DNA of 64,000 nt, taken from positions 32,001 to 96,000 of the forward strand of contig CBDCEW010000103.1 of assembly GCA_965215885.1 (NCBI GenBank), written 5' to 3'. The position numbers and the translations under genes are program-made. The notes beneath the pieces are model-generated. The model was given only the letters and a program-made list of their open reading frames with translations, searched no databases and was not told where the DNA came from. Positions 59,632-64,000 of the stretch are shown here, in pieces. Within the stretch, counting starts at the first letter, position 1. Each line of letters opens with the position of its first letter. Source of the DNA: Candidatus Moanibacter sp. (GTDB lineage Bacteria; Verrucomicrobiota; Verrucomicrobiia; Opitutales; UBA2987).

Positions 59632-60246
59632 TCATTCTCTCATCTTTTCCCGCACCAGGAAGAAGGGCGTTTCAAAAATAGGCACCAGAATCCCATCATT
59701 CTCCTTCGCTCCCAACGATACCCTGGACCTGAAATTGGACACTCTGGATGCGTCGCTCAAATTCGACGAAACATGCTCGCGGCGCGTTGGCACTGCCTTT
59801 TCATCCACAAAAAGCTCGATCAGGAACGCTTCTGGTTCGCGACTCAGCCTATCCCGCTTTATTACTTCAGGGGGTAGGTAGAAAAACAGTTTCCGCTTTT
59901 CACCCTGTTCAATCGTCGGAATCGTCGCATCGCACTGGAAATACCGAAACTCCTTCGCATCGCGGGGTCCTGCCGCATACGCCAGATTGAGCACTGCTCT
60001 AACCCTCCCGGAAAATCGCGAATCACGAGCATTGGGACTCCGGTTCCGTCCCCCCGCAACCTCCACTTCGATCTCAATCCAATCTTCCCGCATCCCATCG
60101 AGCCGGTCCCTCCGGAATTGAACACTCGAGACGCTCACCGGATCCTCCTGGGCGCCGGCGCTCACAGCGAACAACCCCAGGGATATCAAGGAAATAAAAA
60201 CACCTGAAAAGAGTGGGGCCGGCGGCCAGTCGAACCTTGCTTTCAA
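59632..60246 (-). CDS. Amuc_1102-like secreted pilus-associated protein
   Basis: Signal peptide, W.E.EVE, FYLPPE and GILVPI..TPF motifs; upstream of pilM. Confidence 0.7.
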   Translation of the reverse strand: MKARFDWPPAPLFSGVFISLISLGLFAVSAGAQEDPVSVSSVQFRRDRLDGMREDWIEIEVEVAGGRNRSPNARDSRFSGRVRAVLNLAYAAGPRDAKEFRYFQCDATIPTIEQGEKRKLFFYLPPEVIKRDRLSREPEAFLIELFVDEKAVPTRREHVSSNLSDASRVSNFRSRVSLGAKENDGILVPIFETPFFLVREKMRE

Positions 60247-60408
60247 TCGAACCTTTCGGATTTATCTCGAGCAAACTGTACAATTCACACACTTCGTTCC
60301 GAGATTCCCGGCAAGCCGGGACTGTGGAGATTCAGATCTTGTTAGATTTCCCGGTTGGAGGTCAACCTTCCGGCTCCCTGATCCAGCTCGGTGGGAGAAG
60401 CTTCTAAT

Positions 60409-60446
60409 TTCGACGTTCGATGTTGAATGTTCGATGTTGGACGTTC
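60409..60446. repeat. Heptamer tandem repeat (TTCGATG-like x5)
   Basis: TTCGACG TTCGATG TTGAATG TTCGATG TTGGACG TTC. Confidence 0.7.
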
Positions 60447-60937
60447 ACTATCGGGATCCAGTTAGCCTTTGTCGCATCATCAGCACCAGCATTCATTCCG
60501 TCGTTAATCATTCACCAATTGTTTAATCCATAATCTGGTTTCCATCCAGCGACCCTTTGATCTACTCCTTACTCTCATCCGCTCCCAGAATCCTCCAGTA
60601 ATATTGTCCCAAATGACTCTGCCTTCCTCTCTCCTCTTTGTCCCGGCTTGCCGGGATCTTGGCGTGAGAATTTTTTCCCTTTACTATCCGCTGCTCACTC
60701 TCCCCATCCGTGGTACTGCGGAGTCCCGGCGCGCCGGGATGGGCCACTCTTCCTTTCATATTCCTCTTCGTTTGCTTCTGTTCAACTCTCGGTGGTCCTC
60801 TGTGCTTCTCGGTGATCTCTGTGGCCCCTCTTCAGTCCCAACCCCCTAATTTCCTCTCCCCTCTTTCTCTCTGTTTCCTTCTGTTCAATTCTCTTTCCCA
60901 CGTAAGGACCTCCCATTCAAACCTCCAAAAAAACAAA

Positions 60938-61435
60938 ATGAGCGCCTCCCTTCCCTACAAGATTAGCGTCCTCCTCTTTATCCGCGACTTCTCCGGCCGC
61001 CTCCTCCTTATGAAACGCAAGAAAGAGCCCAATCTCAACCTCTGGAGTGGAATCGGCGGTAAGCTCGAAATGGCAATCGGCGAAAGCCCATTTGAGTGCG
61101 CCATTCGCGAATCATACGAGGAAGTGCGATTACAACTCACCGAATCCGACCTCCATCTCTTCTGTATGATCGCCGAGAAAAACTACGAGGCCAATTCGCA
61201 CTGGCTCATGTTTCTTTTCGATTGCAAAAAGGCCGTCCCCTCCCTCCCTCCGGATATCTCGGAGGGCGAATTCGGATTCCACGATCCGAATCACATCTAC
61301 GACCTTCCCATTCCCCAAACCGATCGCGAGGGCCTATGGCCTACCTATTTTGAACACCGCCACGGCTTCGTCGCCATGCGCGCAAATTGCCATCCCCATT
61401 CCAGTCCCGAAATCCTCATCGAAGAACGACTCTAA
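60938..61435 (+). CDS. NUDIX hydrolase (MutT-like)
   Basis: GGKLEMAIGESPFECAIRESYEEV Nudix box; ATG at 60938. Confidence 0.9.
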   Translation: MSASLPYKISVLLFIRDFSGRLLLMKRKKEPNLNLWSGIGGKLEMAIGESPFECAIRESYEEVRLQLTESDLHLFCMIAEKNYEANSHWLMFLFDCKKAVPSLPPDISEGEFGFHDPNHIYDLPIPQTDREGLWPTYFEHRHGFVAMRANCHPHSSPEILIEERL

Positions 61436-61966
61436 CCCGCTTTCTCAATCCAACTCCTCCCCTTTCCCATCGTGCTCTCACGTCGATCTTCCCATTCCGA
61501 TATTCGATTACGAATATGACTAGCTGGCAACCCACTCGAATGTCGTTGTCGTAATCGTAGTCGATTGTCGGTTCGACTACGAACCGTCTCCCCGCGTCTC
61601 CGTCTCTCTCCAATCCCCCTCTCCCATCGTGACTCTCAATCGTGATCTCCTGTCGATCCTTTCACCTGGGAACTGGTTTATCAAGTTTCCCTCCCACGGA
61701 GGGGTCAGGGGTGGGTCACCCCAAGCCAGTTTCCGCCTTTAAGAAACGACCCAGGATTTCAGGTCAGTCTGGCCGCTGGCGCGTTCCTTGCCGGATCAAA
61801 CAGGGGCAGAACTTGGCAAGACGAAATGCTCCTGCATTCCGCTACGTTCCGATTCGAAGGGTGTAGCGGAAAGCGGAAGCTTTTCGATGGTGTCGCCACC
61901 GAATTGATCCATAATAGACCGTCCCGCCCGTCATTCCGCTCTGCCCTACGGCAGAGAAGCATTCGA

Positions 61967-64000
61967 TCACTCATCTACCACTACCGTCTGCCCATCGGTT
62001 AGGAAATAGTCATCGGGATCAGCGGCAAAGGTGTCGGTGACAGGAGCGAGTCTCCCGTCAGCGAGATCCGGGCGCAATGAAATATCGCTGATCGAACGCT
62101 GCCCATCCGTAGCCCTGAAGGGAAAAGGATAAACGAGATCGTTAGTATCGATCTGAAAAGCGCCGGTGGCGTCAGCCAGATCGCCACCATTGATGAGAAT
62201 CTCTGAGATGGCGGAATCGGGACTGATCCGTATCCGAGGGACGGCCGTACCTGAAGGTCTGATATTGCCAACGAAGAGAAACAATCCCACCCGAATGTCG
62301 TCAGCATCGACTCCAATTTCACCTGACGTGGCCTCGAATCTCGCATTGGCCGCATTGATTCCTCCAATGTCTGCCTGCTGCCCAACCGGTGCCACCACTC
62401 TTATCAGCCTGACATCGGCAATACCGTCGACGTCGCCACTGAACGTTTGGGAGTTGATGAGTGAAACATCGACTCGATTCACGTCATTGCCCAGTGTAAA
62501 GGTTGAAAAGAATGTGAGGGGCGTCGGATTCTCAATCGTAAAGGTCGGCAGACCCTGTGCGTATGTCGTCCCTGGCTGGTTGTAGGGTGACGGCGCCGCT
62601 GCCTGGAAATTCTCCAGACTGATTGTGAGCGTCGTGCTCGGCTCGTCGCTGCCGTATTCCGCGAACATGAGATCGCCCCCCGGATCAAGAAAGGAGATGC
62701 GCGTTATCGTTCCGGGCACCGATGAAAATATCGCTTCCGAACTACGAATCTCGAACCCATTATAGACGAAGCCCTGAAAGAGCGTGCCGTCGTTTACCAG
62801 ATCTGCAGTTCCCGAAAGCAGGAGACTCTCTGCTCCCGCGGAACCCTCCTGCGCCTCAACAATGCTCGCTGGACCAAAGGGAAAGAGCCGTTCTACGTTT
62901 CGCGCCTGCACCTGCACCAGGTGGCTGCCGACTGTCGAAGGACTGAAGAAAAACGTTGTCGAGGTCGTCAGATCGGTTTCGGTTACACCCGTAAGCTGCT
63001 GTGAATTGGTAATCGAAATGTTATCAACGTACCAACCCGTTCCGATATCTGTTCCCGTAAACGCCGTGCCTCCCGTAAAGTCATAGACCAAACGAATGCG
63101 TATGACATCGCCCGCGAAGGAAGCTAGCGACACCGATCGCTGAACAAAGCTCGTCTCGCCCGGCTGAGAAGCACCGGCCTGTGTGAATATGTCCTGCCAT
63201 GATGTTCCCTCGTCCGTGGAAGTCTGGACCCGTGCAATCTGGTTCGTTGTCGCGACCCCTAAACGACTCGAGAATTCCAGCTGGCTTGATGCCTCGATAA
63301 GGATACTCGCATCTAGAGTGATTGTGGTATCGGTAAAGTCCGGGTTTGCGAGATGAAACGCGTTACTGCCGCCTCCCGGAGGGACAACCGAACCCTGAAT
63401 TATCGAATAGCCGGGATCTACCGGTTCAATCGTTACATCGGCGTCGCTTTCAGCGTTCTCAGAGAAGTCCTCGTTCGCCAGGAGAGCTTGCCTCAATCGA
63501 TATCCCGTCGAGCCTCCCACAGTAGTAAACGTGAACCCGTTCGCAAAGTTAACGAATACTTCAGCAGGTGGCGAAACGGTGGGAGCGCTGTAGGCGGGTA
63601 AATAGTCAATCCCAGCGTTTTCATCGTTAGCCACTTCGACCGTACCCATCTCCTCAGCGAGATTGGGTCCAGAGAAGGTCACCGTATACGTCCCGTTCCC
63701 GGCAACAGGAACCGAGAAGCCTCCCGACTGAGCCGTAACAGCGGAGAATGCCGCACCCGAGACATCGACCGCAATACCCCCAAGACCCTCTCCAATGTCG
63801 TAGAATTCATTTCCGTTAATGTCATAAAATGCCGCTCCGGTAATGAACGGACCGGAGCCGGGCTGGCTTCCGAAGTCCTGCGTGATTACAAAAGGCCCTA
63901 CCGTGCTGCCCCCCACCGTATTGGTGCCAACAACAATCCCCAGTCCCACCTCCCGAAAATCGGCGTTGTGAATGCTCGTGCGATGTCCCGGCGGATCCTG
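61967..64000 (-). CDS. Large secreted CAP-domain protein, 3' part (CAP end, SdrD-B-like repeat, beta-sandwich, C-terminal domain)
   Basis: Frame open to the window edge: DPPGHRTSIHNADFREVGLG...TQDFG (CAP), YDINGNEFYDIGEGL and GWYVDNI. Confidence 0.82.
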   Translation of the reverse strand, partial: QDPPGHRTSIHNADFREVGLGIVVGTNTVGGSTVGPFVITQDFGSQPGSGPFITGAAFYDINGNEFYDIGEGLGGIAVDVSGAAFSAVTAQSGGFSVPVAGNGTYTVTFSGPNLAEEMGTVEVANDENAGIDYLPAYSAPTVSPPAEVFVNFANGFTFTTVGGSTGYRLRQALLANEDFSENAESDADVTIEPVDPGYSIIQGSVVPPGGGSNAFHLANPDFTDTTITLDASILIEASSQLEFSSRLGVATTNQIARVQTSTDEGTSWQDIFTQAGASQPGETSFVQRSVSLASFAGDVIRIRLVYDFTGGTAFTGTDIGTGWYVDNISITNSQQLTGVTETDLTTSTTFFFSPSTVGSHLVQVQARNVERLFPFGPASIVEAQEGSAGAESLLLSGTADLVNDGTLFQGFVYNGFEIRSSEAIFSSVPGTITRISFLDPGGDLMFAEYGSDEPSTTLTISLENFQAAAPSPYNQPGTTYAQGLPTFTIENPTPLTFFSTFTLGNDVNRVDVSLINSQTFSGDVDGIADVRLIRVVAPVGQQADIGGINAANARFEATSGEIGVDADDIRVGLFLFVGNIRPSGTAVPRIRISPDSAISEILINGGDLADATGAFQIDTNDLVYPFPFRATDGQRSISDISLRPDLADGRLAPVTDTFAADPDDYFLTDGQTVVVDE

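Noticed and set aside
1..64000. tRNA, rRNA, prophage or anti-phage defence genes
   Set aside because: None recognisable by eye; a tRNAscan/Rfam/DefenseFinder run would be needed to exclude them formally.

Overview
Bacterial chromosomal window, most likely Verrucomicrobiota (class Opitutia). This is inferred from an Amuc_1098-1102-like type IV pilus/secretin cluster, fused secDF, a homodimeric-type glyQS and a surface protein ending in an Opitutae-like C-terminal domain. Host genes: a surface polysaccharide cluster (4-13 kb), tartrate/beta-decarboxylating dehydrogenase, an aldehyde dehydrogenase, korAB, a sigma54 regulator with two odd histidine-kinase fragments, lgt, yajC-secDF-recJ, glyQS, dinB, glmS, trpE, a sigma70 factor, rpsA, hisG, an OmpR regulator, a NUDIX hydrolase and a CAP-domain protein. 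The most striking feature is a dense, nested mobilome. It includes two inverted ISL3 copies bracketing about 56 kb, a decayed IS66, and a ~100-bp MITE family (TIR GAATCTGTCGG, YTAG/CTAR target) that repeatedly sits exactly on TAG stop codons. One copy of that MITE has taken up two non-identical 1917-bp IS5/ISNCY-like elements in tandem. There is also a 174-bp hairpin MITE that supplies the sigma factor's stop codon, and several REP-like repeat families. No rRNA, tRNA or CRISPR array was seen. Functional calls come from motif recognition by eye; no database search was run.
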